Positions 52,731 through 63,120 of a DNA stretch of 64,000 bases are shown here, in pieces. The notes under the pieces are model-generated. The model was given only the letters and a program-made list of their open reading frames with translations, was not told where the DNA came from and did no database searches. Source of the stretch: Chthoniobacterales bacterium (lineage in GTDB: Bacteria; Verrucomicrobiota; Verrucomicrobiia; Chthoniobacterales; Chthoniobacteraceae); the NCBI GenBank assembly GCA_038207335.1, contig JBBQZX010000009.1, positions 103,174 to 167,173 of the forward strand, given 5' to 3'. The position numbers were made by a program, and so were the translations under genes. The stretch's first letter is position 1, and each line of letters opens with the position of its first letter.

Positions 52731-55700
52731 ATGAAACATCCCCTCATCGAACCGCTCGAGTCCCGTATCGCTCCAGCTTCGCTTTCGATCTCGATCGTCA
52801 ATGCTCAAATTCCCGAGGGAAACCAGGCGGATGCGGGGACGGTTTTTGCGGAGTTCACGGTGACGCTGGATGTGGCGGACACGCAGACGGTGTCGGTGCA
52901 TTTCGCAACGAGCGATGGGACGGCGACGCTGGCGGATGGGGATTACACGCAGGTGAATCAGACGGTGACTTTTGCGCCGGGGGTAACGCAGCAGACGGTG
53001 CGCGTGCCGATCACGAGCGATGCGAATTTCGAGAACGACGACGTTTTCCACGCGACGCTGTCGTCGCCGACGAATGCGACGCTCGGAGTGTCGATGGCGG
53101 ATGCGACGATCATGAATGACGATGGGCGGCCGACGGTGTCGATCTCGAGCCCGAGTGTGACGGAGGGCGGTGCGCTGAGTTTTGTCGTGTCGCTTTCGGC
53201 GAAGTCGATCGAGCCGATCACGGTGAATTACAACAGCGCGGATGGGACGGCGATGATCGCGGATGCGGATTACACGGCGGTGGGCGGGACGTTGGTTTTC
53301 TCGCCGGGGCAGACGACGAAGACGATCAATGTGGCGACGCGGAGCGACACGACTTTCGAGCAGGATGAGACGCTGACGGTGCAACTCACGGGACTGCAAA
53401 ATGCGACGTTTGCGAATGACACGGGGACGGGGAAGATCATCAACGATGACTCGGCGCTGACGATCGACTCGGTGACGATTGTGGAGGGGAATGACGGGAC
53501 GAAGGATGCGGTCTTTACGGTGCGGCTGAGTGGCGGGCCGGGCGGGCCGGTGTCGGTGGATTTTGCGACGTTGGATGGGACGGCGACAGGGGGCTTGGAT
53601 TTCACTCATGCGTCGGGGACGCTGATGTTTGAAGGGACGACGGTGCTTCAGACGATCACGGTGCCGATCATCGGGGATACGATTCAGGAGGCGGATGAGA
53701 CATTTTCGGTCAAGCTGTCGAATGCGTCGGGAGCGACGATTTCGAGCGATACCGGGACGGGGACGATCACAAATGACGACGTCGCGAATTTGTCTGTGAC
53801 GAACTTCTCCGTGCCGGAGGGAAATGACGGGCCGGCGCAGGTGGGCTTCGTGGTGAATCTGAGCACGGTGGCGGACCAGGATGCGACGGTGCACTACACG
53901 ACGGCGAATGGGACGGCGGCGGCGGGCGATGATTACACGGCCACCACGGGGACGCTGACAATCCCGGCGGGGCAGACGAGCGGGACGGTCTTTGTGGAGG
54001 TGAATGGTGACACGCTGGGCGAGCCGGATGAGACGTTCTCGCTGGTCTTCGACACGCCGACGAATGCGACTTTCACCGGATCGCGCACGCAGACGGTGAC
54101 GCTGCTGAACGATGACTCGCCGTCGCTGAGCATCGCGGACTTGAGCGTGACGGAGGGGACGGGCGGGGTGCGGAACGCCGTCTTCGTGGTGTCGCTGAGC
54201 GCGCCGGCGACGGAAGCGGTGACGGTGCATTTTGCCACGGAGGATGGGACGGCGACCGCGGCGGATTACACACCGACGGTGGGCGACCTGATGTTTGCGA
54301 TCGGCGAGCGGACGAAGACGATCACGGTGCCGATCACGACGGATGCGATCGCGGAGGGGAATGAGACTTTCACCGTGAAGCTGTCGGCGGCGACGGGAAG
54401 CTCGGGCTTCACGAAGGATTCGGCGACGGGGACGATCCTCGACGATGACGCGAAGCCGGTGGTCTTCATCGACAGCGTGAGCGTGAGTGAAGGGGCATCG
54501 GGGCTGACGACGGCGCACTTCACCGTGACGCTGACGGGCGCGACGGAGCAGACGGTGACGGTGGATGTGGTGACGCAGGACGGGACGGCGACTACGGCGG
54601 ACAACGACTACGTGGCGCGCGCGACACAGACGCTGACTTTCGCGCCGGGTGTGACGACGCAGAGCTTCGATGTGTCGGTGATCGGCGACACGCGCGGGGA
54701 GGCGAATGAAACGTTTTTTGCCAAACTGTCCGGGGCGACGAATGCAACCATCGGCACGGCGCAGGGGACGGGGACGATCCTCAACGATGACGCGGCGCTG
54801 ACGATCGACGACGTGCGGATCGTGGAGGGGGACGGCGGGACTTCGATGGCGGTCTTCACGGTGTCGCTGAACTTCGCGGACCCGATGCTGACGACGACGG
54901 TGGACTTTGCGACGAGCGATCTGACGGCGACATCCGGGACGACCGGGACGGATTACGATGCGAGGAGCGGGACGCTGACTTTTGCGCCGGGGGAGATGAC
55001 GAAACAGATTTCGGTGCCGATCCGTGGGGATACGGTCGGGGAAAACGATGAGACATTCCGCGTGACGCTGAGTAATGCGGCGAATGCGGCGATCGTGAAG
55101 GGGCAGGGGACGGGGACGATTTTGAACGACGACTCGTCGATCTCGATCGGGAATGTGTCGATCGTGGAAGGAGACTCGGGGACGAAGAACGCGGTGTTCA
55201 CGGTGACTCGGTCGGGTTCGACGTTCGGCGCGGTGACTTTCCACTACACGACGACGGACGACACGGCAGTCTCGACGGGCACGGATGCGGATTTCAATGC
55301 GGTGTCGGGGACGGGAACGATCGCGGCGGGCGCGACGATCACGACGATCAGCGTGCCGATCCGTGGCGACCTGAACAAGGAGGCGACGGAGCAGTTTTTC
55401 GTGGACCTGAGTGACTCGGCGAATGCGCTGATTTCCGGCGCCCGCGGGACGGGGACGATCACGGACAATGACCCGAACCCGACGGTGTCGATCAGCGATG
55501 CGCCTGCGATCTTCGAGGGCGACAGCGGGACGACGAATGCGATTTTCACGGTGACTCTGTCGGGATCGTCGAACCTGCCGATCACGGTGAACTACGCGGC
55601 GATCGACGGGACGGCGGCGAATGGTAGCGACTTCACGTTGCCGGGCGGGACGGTGACGTTCGCGCCGGGTGAGGTGACGAAGCAAATCCTCGTGCCGGTT

Positions 55701-58700
55701 AATGGGGACACGATCGACGAAATCGATGAGGCTTTTTCCGTGAAGCTGAGCGGCGCGACGAATGCGACGATCGGGCGCGACACGGCGGCGGGGACGATCC
55801 TGAACGACGACCTGTCGATCACGATCGACGACAATCCTGCGATAGTGGAAGGCGACAGCGGGACGAGCAACGCGCAGTTCACCGTTCATCTGAGCGCGGC
55901 GAGCACGCATCCGGTGACGGTGAATTACGTGACGTCGAACGGCACGGCGACCGCGGGACAGGACTATACGTCGAGCAGCGGGATGGTGACTTTCGCGGCG
56001 GGCAGCACGACGGCGACGATCTTCGTGCCGATCATCGGCGACATGCTGGATGAGCGTGCGGACGAGACGTTCACGGTGAAACTTTCCGGCGCGACGGCCG
56101 CGGTGATCGGCGACGACACGGCGACCGGCACGATCCTCAATGACGACGCGAATCCGGGGCTGACGATCGACGACCTGACGATCGCGGAAGGCGACACGGG
56201 CACGAGCATGGCGACTTTCACGGTGCATCTTGCGAAGCCCTCGACCGAGGCGATCACAGTGAATTACGCGACGATGGACGGCACGGCGATGGCGGGTTCG
56301 GATTACGACGCGAAGATGGGGACGCTGACGTTTGCGCCGGGTGAATTGACGAAGACGATCTCTGTCACAATTCACGGCGACACGCTCGCGGAGCCGGATG
56401 AGACCTTCACGGTCGAACTGAGCGACGCGAGTGCGAACTCGACGCTCGCGAAGGCGTCGGGCATCGGCACGATCCAGGATGCGCGCACGATTTCGATCGA
56501 CAACGTGACAAAAAGCGAGGGTCAGAGCGGCACGACGGTCTTCACTTTCACCGTGAGCCTGGATGCAAATGCGGAGCAGGAAATCACGGTGAAATTTGCG
56601 ACGGCGGACGGCACGGCGACCATTGCCGGGAACGATTATCTCGCGACGAATGGGATGCTGACTTTCGCCGTGGGCGAGCGCACGAAGACGGTCGAGGTAA
56701 TCGTCAATGGCGACACTGCGGTGGAGCCGGATGAGACTTTCAACGTGAACCTGACCGACGCGACGCACGCGACGCTCGCGAAAGCCATCGGCGTCGGACG
56801 GATTCAAAACGACGAGACGACGTTCAAGATCGTGAGCGGGAGTGATGCGACGTCCTCGACGGTGACGGTCTTGGAAGGCAGTCCGGGAGCGACTTCGCCG
56901 ACGAATGCGACTTTCACGATCGTGCGCGGCGGCGACCTGTCGCAGGCCGGTTCGGTGCAATATCAGACGATCGCGGGGACTGCGACGGCGGGCGCGGATT
57001 TCACGGGAACTGGGCTCGTGTCGATCGGCTTCGCGCCGGGCGAATCGACAAAGACGATCAGCATCCCCATCACGCAGGACGCGGATCGCGAGGCGCAGGA
57101 GAGCTTCACGGTCGTGCTCGCGAACCCGGTGAATGCGGCGATTGCGGACGGCGGCGGGACGGGGACGGTGGTCATCAATGACGACGACGGGCCTGTCACG
57201 ATCAGCGTTTCCAACCCAGCGATCATCACGGAAGGGAACACGGGCGACACGAACTTGAGCTTCGTCGTGCGGCTTTCCGCGGCCGATTACACGGGGCCGG
57301 TGACAGTGCATTATCGCACGACCGACGGCACCGCGGTGAGCACTGGCGACGCCGCGGATTTCCTCGCGATCGATGACACGGAGCTAACCTTCGCGCCGGG
57401 TGAGACGACGAAAACGATCGCGGTGTTAATTCACGGTGACGTGATCCACGAGCCGGATTTGGAGACGTTCAGTTTCGATCTCAGCGATGCGACCAATGCG
57501 ACGATCGCGAACGGCCACGCGGTCGGAACGATCCGTGACGATGACACGTCGACGATCTCCTTCTCCGGCGGAAACAACGGCGACATCAGCCTCGCGGAAG
57601 GCAACAGCGGCACGACGGATTTCGTCTTTACGGTGCATCTCTCGGTCGCCTCCCAGAGTACGGTGACGGTGAGCTACACGATCGAGGACGGCACCGCGAA
57701 ATTCGGCGGGACGTCGCCGGATTACACGACGGCTTTGCGCACCGGCACGCTGACTTTCACGCCCGGTGAGGTGGATCAAACGATCACGATCAGCGCGCTC
57801 GGCGACTCGATTTTCGAGGGGGATGAGACGTTCAATGTTCGGCTGAGTGGTGCGGTCGGTGCGACGATCTCCGACGCGCTCGCGGTCGGCACGATCTTGA
57901 ATGACGACGCCGCGCCATTGCTCACGATCGGCGATGTGACGGTGACGGAAGGCGACTCCGGCACGACGAACGAGGTCTTCACCGTGACGCTCTCCGGGGA
58001 ATTTCAGGATTCCGTGACTGTCGATTTCGCCACTGCCGACGGCACTGCGAAAGACGGCGTGAATGACGGGATCACGCTCGCGGATTATCGTGAGGCGCAC
58101 GGCACGCTGACCTTCCTCGCGGGCCAGACGACAAAGACGATCACCGTCGCGATCGTGGGCGATCTTTTCAAAGAGGCGACCGAGACGTTCTCGGTGAATC
58201 TCACGAATTTGGCCGGCGCGACTTTCGCCAATGACACGGACAGCGCGACGGGCACGATCCTCGACAACGACACGAAAGTCGGCGTGCTCATCGGCGACGT
58301 GTTTGTCGTCGAGGGCAATCTCGTGGCCGGAACTCAGACGCCGCAGCAGACGGGCGCGACTTTCCAGATCGAGCTCACCGGCCCATCGGACACTGACGTG
58401 ACCTTCACCGTCGCGACCTCGGATCGCACCGCAATCGCCGGCTCCGACTACATCGCGTCGTCGCAACTCGTGACGATCCCCGCCGGACAAACGACCGCGA
58501 CTTTCACCGCGACCGTGCTGGGGGACAACGACTTCGAGTTCGGCGCGACCGAGGCTTTCTCCGCGAAGATTAGCGGCATCTCGGCGAATGCGACCGGCGC
58601 ACGGACCGAGGCGACTGGGTTCATTTACGGCGACGACCGCTTCATCTCAGCCGACGGGCGCACCGTGAAATACATGGATGTCGATGGCGACGTCGGGACG

Positions 58701-60719
58701 ATCACGATCTCGAAAGGGCGGTTCACGGGGAATGAGTTCCAGTGGCAAAAGGCCGGAACGGTTGGCGGCGAGCAGTTGCAATTTATCGATCTGCGCGGCG
58801 CGACGCGCTTCGCCAATGCGAACCTGCGCGTGACCGGCGAGCCCGCGCCCGGCTTTCCCGGCGTGAGCGATGGTAAGGTGAATGTCGGCTTCATCGTCGC
58901 AGCCGTGCCCGATCCCCAGTCGCTGCAATTCACCCTTGGCATCGACCTCGGCACGGTTTTCATCGATGGTGATCTCGGGCGCATCGACGCGGGCGACACC
59001 TTCGTCTCACCTGCGATTCGGAAGCTCGAGGTCGGCTCATTCGGCGCCGTCCCCGGCACCCTCCCGAATGGCAGCGACGGCAATCCGCTGCCGAACACCA
59101 GCTCCGTACTCGCGTCGATCTCGAAGATCATCGTCCACGGCGATTTCGCCGGCCAGTTGCAGGTCTTCGGCGACAATTTTGGTGACATCGGCTCGCTGAA
59201 AATCGAAGGCGCGCTGACCGGCGCGCTCGGCGAGGGGGTCGTCTTTTTCAGCGGCACGCTCGGCAATGCTGTCATCGGCAGCATCGTCGGTGGCTCCGTC
59301 AATGGCAGCGGCCAAGTGATCGGAAACGTAAGCACTCACGCGAATATCAACTCCATCACTGTGCTCGGCGCAGTGACCGGTGGCAGTGGTGGCTCGAGCG
59401 GTCAAATTCACGCGGAGCGCATTGGCAGCGTGAAAATGGGGAGTCTTGTCGGTGGTACCGGCATCAACTCGGGCACGATCGTCGGCGATGGCACTCGCGG
59501 TCGAGTCGGTACCGTGAAAATCCTCGGCGACATCATTGGCGCGCAGACCCTCGGCGCGTCGGATGACAACACCGTGGCTGCGACCTCCGGCACCATCTTC
59601 GGCCAGACCGGCGTCGGGAATGTCAACGTCGGCGGCAGCATCCGCGGCGGCGTACTGCACAACAGCGGCTCCATCGTTTCCAGCGGAAATATCGGCTCCG
59701 TCACCATCGGCGGAAACGTGGAAGGCGGCACCGGTACCGGCAGTGGCTCGCTCCTCGTCAGCAACGGAAAAGCGAACCGCGTGCAAGTCGGCACGGCCAG
59801 TTCGCCGAGCCAGATCATCGGTGGAAGCGGCGCATCCTCCGGTATCCTTTCCATTCACGACGCGCCGAACATCAAGGTCTTCGGCGACATTCTCGGCGGC
59901 CTCGGCAACCGCAGCGGCGGCATCGATTCACAGGGGAAAATCAACGCCATCACCGTCACCGGAAACATCACCGGCGGAGACTCCCTCGCGAGCCGCGCCG
60001 TCGTCAACAGCGGCTACATCAGCGCCGCAAAGCTCGGCAACGTCACGATCAACGGCAACGTCACCGCAGGCACGAATGGCGGTGCGGGCATCGCGGGCAG
60101 CGGCGCCATCCGCGCGCTCGACACCATCAGCTCGCTCACCATCAAAGGCAGCGTCGTCGGCAATTCCACGAACGCCGTTCAGATTTCCGCCGGCGGATTC
60201 CGCGGTTCCGGCTTGGCCGAGTCCACGTTAGTCCTCCGCAGCATCAAGCTCGCGACCGACACCGGAAACGTCGTCCGCTTCGCCGAAATCCTCGCCGGAT
60301 ACGGCGGCGCGCTCAGCGTCGGCTCGCCCCGCGCCACCGCGCTAAATCCCGACGCGCAAATCGGCGACATCCTTATCGGCGGCACCATCTCCGGCACGAA
60401 TATCGTTGCCGGCAGCGCGCCCGGCACCGACGGCCGCTTCGGCACCTCCGACGACGCGATCATCTCCAGCGCTCAGGTCACCGACGACACGCGCCTCATC
60501 TCAAAAATCGCGAGCGTCGTCATCCGCGGAGCCGTCGAGCCTGATGCCGATCCGGCCAACAGCTACGGCATCGTCGCGCAGCAAATCGGCAGCATCAAAG
60601 TCGGCAGCGCCGCCGCGATCAAACTCCCGAAAAACGCCGTGAAACATCTCGTCCCCATCGGCCCCGCCGCCGCGAATTTCACAGCCGTCCAAATCGAACT
60701 CAACCCGACAGCAATCTAA
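52731..60719 (+). CDS. LEPR-XLL-like (IEPLESRIAPA) giant surface protein, ~17 Calx-beta domains plus Gly-rich beta-helix-like C-terminal region
   Basis: N-terminus MKHPLIEPLESRIAPA with no hydrophobic signal peptide; repeated xEGxxG…DGTA…TLTFAPG…DETF…GTIxNDD; C-terminal YMDVDGD…GTDGRFGTSDD…YGIVAQQIGSIKVG. Confidence 0.9.
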   Translation: MKHPLIEPLESRIAPASLSISIVNAQIPEGNQADAGTVFAEFTVTLDVADTQTVSVHFATSDGTATLADGDYTQVNQTVTFAPGVTQQTVRVPITSDANFENDDVFHATLSSPTNATLGVSMADATIMNDDGRPTVSISSPSVTEGGALSFVVSLSAKSIEPITVNYNSADGTAMIADADYTAVGGTLVFSPGQTTKTINVATRSDTTFEQDETLTVQLTGLQNATFANDTGTGKIINDDSALTIDSVTIVEGNDGTKDAVFTVRLSGGPGGPVSVDFATLDGTATGGLDFTHASGTLMFEGTTVLQTITVPIIGDTIQEADETFSVKLSNASGATISSDTGTGTITNDDVANLSVTNFSVPEGNDGPAQVGFVVNLSTVADQDATVHYTTANGTAAAGDDYTATTGTLTIPAGQTSGTVFVEVNGDTLGEPDETFSLVFDTPTNATFTGSRTQTVTLLNDDSPSLSIADLSVTEGTGGVRNAVFVVSLSAPATEAVTVHFATEDGTATAADYTPTVGDLMFAIGERTKTITVPITTDAIAEGNETFTVKLSAATGSSGFTKDSATGTILDDDAKPVVFIDSVSVSEGASGLTTAHFTVTLTGATEQTVTVDVVTQDGTATTADNDYVARATQTLTFAPGVTTQSFDVSVIGDTRGEANETFFAKLSGATNATIGTAQGTGTILNDDAALTIDDVRIVEGDGGTSMAVFTVSLNFADPMLTTTVDFATSDLTATSGTTGTDYDARSGTLTFAPGEMTKQISVPIRGDTVGENDETFRVTLSNAANAAIVKGQGTGTILNDDSSISIGNVSIVEGDSGTKNAVFTVTRSGSTFGAVTFHYTTTDDTAVSTGTDADFNAVSGTGTIAAGATITTISVPIRGDLNKEATEQFFVDLSDSANALISGARGTGTITDNDPNPTVSISDAPAIFEGDSGTTNAIFTVTLSGSSNLPITVNYAAIDGTAANGSDFTLPGGTVTFAPGEVTKQILVPVNGDTIDEIDEAFSVKLSGATNATIGRDTAAGTILNDDLSITIDDNPAIVEGDSGTSNAQFTVHLSAASTHPVTVNYVTSNGTATAGQDYTSSSGMVTFAAGSTTATIFVPIIGDMLDERADETFTVKLSGATAAVIGDDTATGTILNDDANPGLTIDDLTIAEGDTGTSMATFTVHLAKPSTEAITVNYATMDGTAMAGSDYDAKMGTLTFAPGELTKTISVTIHGDTLAEPDETFTVELSDASANSTLAKASGIGTIQDARTISIDNVTKSEGQSGTTVFTFTVSLDANAEQEITVKFATADGTATIAGNDYLATNGMLTFAVGERTKTVEVIVNGDTAVEPDETFNVNLTDATHATLAKAIGVGRIQNDETTFKIVSGSDATSSTVTVLEGSPGATSPTNATFTIVRGGDLSQAGSVQYQTIAGTATAGADFTGTGLVSIGFAPGESTKTISIPITQDADREAQESFTVVLANPVNAAIADGGGTGTVVINDDDGPVTISVSNPAIITEGNTGDTNLSFVVRLSAADYTGPVTVHYRTTDGTAVSTGDAADFLAIDDTELTFAPGETTKTIAVLIHGDVIHEPDLETFSFDLSDATNATIANGHAVGTIRDDDTSTISFSGGNNGDISLAEGNSGTTDFVFTVHLSVASQSTVTVSYTIEDGTAKFGGTSPDYTTALRTGTLTFTPGEVDQTITISALGDSIFEGDETFNVRLSGAVGATISDALAVGTILNDDAAPLLTIGDVTVTEGDSGTTNEVFTVTLSGEFQDSVTVDFATADGTAKDGVNDGITLADYREAHGTLTFLAGQTTKTITVAIVGDLFKEATETFSVNLTNLAGATFANDTDSATGTILDNDTKVGVLIGDVFVVEGNLVAGTQTPQQTGATFQIELTGPSDTDVTFTVATSDRTAIAGSDYIASSQLVTIPAGQTTATFTATVLGDNDFEFGATEAFSAKISGISANATGARTEATGFIYGDDRFISADGRTVKYMDVDGDVGTITISKGRFTGNEFQWQKAGTVGGEQLQFIDLRGATRFANANLRVTGEPAPGFPGVSDGKVNVGFIVAAVPDPQSLQFTLGIDLGTVFIDGDLGRIDAGDTFVSPAIRKLEVGSFGAVPGTLPNGSDGNPLPNTSSVLASISKIIVHGDFAGQLQVFGDNFGDIGSLKIEGALTGALGEGVVFFSGTLGNAVIGSIVGGSVNGSGQVIGNVSTHANINSITVLGAVTGGSGGSSGQIHAERIGSVKMGSLVGGTGINSGTIVGDGTRGRVGTVKILGDIIGAQTLGASDDNTVAATSGTIFGQTGVGNVNVGGSIRGGVLHNSGSIVSSGNIGSVTIGGNVEGGTGTGSGSLLVSNGKANRVQVGTASSPSQIIGGSGASSGILSIHDAPNIKVFGDILGGLGNRSGGIDSQGKINAITVTGNITGGDSLASRAVVNSGYISAAKLGNVTINGNVTAGTNGGAGIAGSGAIRALDTISSLTIKGSVVGNSTNAVQISAGGFRGSGLAESTLVLRSIKLATDTGNVVRFAEILAGYGGALSVGSPRATALNPDAQIGDILIGGTISGTNIVAGSAPGTDGRFGTSDDAIISSAQVTDDTRLISKIASVVIRGAVEPDADPANSYGIVAQQIGSIKVGSAAAIKLPKNAVKHLVPIGPAAANFTAVQIELNPTAI

Positions 60720-60795
60720 CACCAACCCCCTTTCGCCGCGCAAAATCCCGGCTTGCCAAAGCAACCCGAACGCGCACATTTTTAGGGCTCACCTC

Positions 60796-60869
60796 GCGGG
60801 TGTAGCTTAGTGGTAAAGCTCCAGCCTTCCAAGCTGGCCATGAGGGTTCGATTCCCTTCACCCGCTCCA
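60796..60869 (+). tRNA. tRNA-Gly (TCC)
   Basis: GCGGGTG acceptor stem, ccagc-cTTCCAa-gctgg anticodon arm, GGTTCGATTCC T-arm, encoded CCA. Confidence 0.97.
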
Positions 60870-61232
60870 ATCCTTACTGGTACAAGGTTTGCGGGCGATT
60901 AAGGGTCTGAAAAAACGCGAGTGAGAACGGTTAGTGAGAACATTTCCTCCCGTTTCCAGCGCCGTCCATTCGTTGCCAAGCGTAGGAAAAATTGCAGTTG
61001 CGTGAAAGCGTGACGCGGCTTTATCTCCCGCCACGTTTTTGAAACTGCCGAGCGGCCTTGCTGCTTTGCGGGAGCGAAAATTGAGGGCGTCGCCTTCCGG
61101 CTTTTGCCGATTGGCAGCGACCTCGCCGCATTCCGCGGCAACCACGACCACGACCACACAAGGGCAGTCCTTTGTCGCGTCGTGGGACGGACATTGGATC
61201 GCCTTTGAGTTGTCGAACTCCGCATCCATCCA

Positions 61233-61574
61233 ATGTCTCAAAAATCTACCGTTACCAAAGAGCAGGCGACACGCGAACCCCGCCGGGATTCTGCCGTTGC
61301 CGGAACTTCCGCCCGCGGCACCCGTCGCCGGCTCGCCGCAAAACAGAAGGGCGCAGAAATCCAATCCGCACTCCCGGTTTGGATTCGTTGTCCGAAATCC
61401 GGCCCCGAGCACTACAGCGGCATCACTCGCTCGAAACTGTATGAGTGGGCATCCAAGGGCTACATCCGAGCGGTTTCAATTTGTGAGCCGGGGAAGCTCA
61501 CGGGCAGTCGGCGATTTCACCTTGGATCAATCCTCGACTTCATCGCGAAGTGTGAAGCGCGCGGCGGGGAATGA
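61233..61574 (+). CDS. Excisionase/AlpA-like small DNA-binding protein
   Basis: WIRCPKSG…SGITRSKLYEW…IRAVSI…G.RRFHLGSILDFI winged-HTH pattern; first gene after the tRNA. Confidence 0.6.
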   Translation: MSQKSTVTKEQATREPRRDSAVAGTSARGTRRRLAAKQKGAEIQSALPVWIRCPKSGPEHYSGITRSKLYEWASKGYIRAVSICEPGKLTGSRRFHLGSILDFIAKCEARGGE

Positions 61575-61701
61575 CGTGACTCCGCGCCAAGGTTTCGACC
61601 TGCTGACTTCCGCCGCCTCATGCGTCGAGAGTGCGGGCAACCGTCGCGGGGCCGAAGTTCCTATCAAGCTGCTACATCGGTCAAATCCTGCCGTTTTGGG
61701 G

Positions 61702-62541
61702 ATGTTGGATACTGTGCGAATCCGAGCGAACTGGCCTGTTCGCGATGACCTTCCGCGCGACCGGTCCTTTAACCTTCCAAATGAGCGGTCTGTGAGGGTG
61801 ACAACAGACATATCTGGCCGGTTGATCGTCGCGGTCGAATGCTCGTTGCCGAGATTGCTTCACGGCCACAACGGATCAGTCATGGAGGACCAAAGCCAAA
61901 TTGACGCGGCCTGCGAAAAGTTACGTGCAAAGCTGAGCGTCGATGCCGTCGTGCCTGACCCTTGCGAATGGCAAATCTCGCGTGCGGACATCGCTTGGAA
62001 TTTTGAGTTATCCGCCCGCGGTTTGATCCTCGCGCATTCGTGCCTGCGAATTCCCGGAATCCGCAACGGCGCAACCGTTTGGGCAGGCGGAAATGGCCTC
62101 TCGTGGAAAGGGGCAAAGTCGCAATTTATTGTCACGTTTTACGACAAGGCGCGAAAAATGGGGATCAAAGGCTCTGTGTTGCGAGTTGAGGTGCGGTTGG
62201 TGGGGCGCACGTTGACCTCGCGCCTACCCGGTTCGGAATCGCGCTGCTTTGATCGGTTGTGGGCGATTTACCGGGGAATATTGGCGGGGATTCCGCCCAT
62301 CGAAAACACGGGCGGAAACGGTGACTGGCAAGAAGCCGTGGGAGCCGAGCCGCCGGAAATCCGCGCCCGGATCATGGCAAGAATGGCTCATAAACCAGAG
62401 CGCACACAGAGAGGGCATCGACAACGAGTAGAGGCCGAAGCCGCGAGACTTCCCGCGCCGTTCTCGTGGGCGAATTTTCTCCCAACGGTTCGCCCACCCT
62501 TGCCCGTGAACATCCAAGCTCGCACGCGCGGAGGAAAATGA
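61702..62541 (+). CDS. Phage/plasmid replication initiation protein, gene II/X (Rep_trans-like) family
   Basis: MLDTVRI, ECSLPRLLHGHN, ISRADIAWNF, FYDK, VLRVEVRL motifs; start re-called at ATG 61702. Confidence 0.7.
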   Translation: MLDTVRIRANWPVRDDLPRDRSFNLPNERSVRVTTDISGRLIVAVECSLPRLLHGHNGSVMEDQSQIDAACEKLRAKLSVDAVVPDPCEWQISRADIAWNFELSARGLILAHSCLRIPGIRNGATVWAGGNGLSWKGAKSQFIVTFYDKARKMGIKGSVLRVEVRLVGRTLTSRLPGSESRCFDRLWAIYRGILAGIPPIENTGGNGDWQEAVGAEPPEIRARIMARMAHKPERTQRGHRQRVEAEAARLPAPFSWANFLPTVRPPLPVNIQARTRGGK

Positions 62542-62960
62542 CCGGACGAAAGCCAAAGCTCACGCGAGAACTCAACCAACGGATTTGCGAGTTTCTGCGC
62601 GCTGGGAATTACGCCGAAGTCGCGTGCGCGTCCGTGGGAGTCGGCACCACGACTTTTTACCGCTGGCTTGAGGAAGCCGAGACGCGCGGCGGGCTATTTC
62701 GGGAATTTCGGGACGCGGTATTGGCGGCGTCGGCAGAGGCGGAAATGGAAGCCGTCACGATCATTCGCAGCGTGAAAACACCGGAGCACGCGAAGTGGTT
62801 TTTGGAGCGGCGCTTTCCCGAGCGGTGGGGACGGAAAGAACGACACGAGCCGCCGGGCGACACGTTCGGAAAAGCCTCTTCGGAACAGCCGGTCGTGAAC
62901 ATCATCCTTGAAGGAGCGCCACATCCTCACCGCCCGATCGTTGATGAAACGGGGGAGTGA
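62538..62960 (+). CDS. Terminase small subunit-like HTH protein
   Basis: GRKPKLT…ICEFLRAGNYAEVAC…TTFYRWL…AKWFLERRFPERWGR; ATGA overlap with rep and a GGAGG SD. Confidence 0.55.
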   Translation: MTGRKPKLTRELNQRICEFLRAGNYAEVACASVGVGTTTFYRWLEEAETRGGLFREFRDAVLAASAEAEMEAVTIIRSVKTPEHAKWFLERRFPERWGRKERHEPPGDTFGKASSEQPVVNIILEGAPHPHRPIVDETGE

Positions 62961-63120
62961 TGCGACGCCGGATGATGCTTCGGACTGAGCGTTGTTTCGC
63001 GATCCGGCCGGCCGATTGGTCGCTCGATACAAAACGGGGTTCCGCACCGCTTGTGGCAAATTTGCCCTAAGCGGTTTTACACTGGAAAAACACCCGAACG
63101 AGCGTTTCCATAAATTCCAA

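Noticed and set aside
52473..57311. Very long antisense ORFs (also 14731..17874, 1765..3453, 41343..43454, 49687..51675)
   Set aside because: Shadow frames of GC-rich genes; Arg-rich, with no recognisable motifs.
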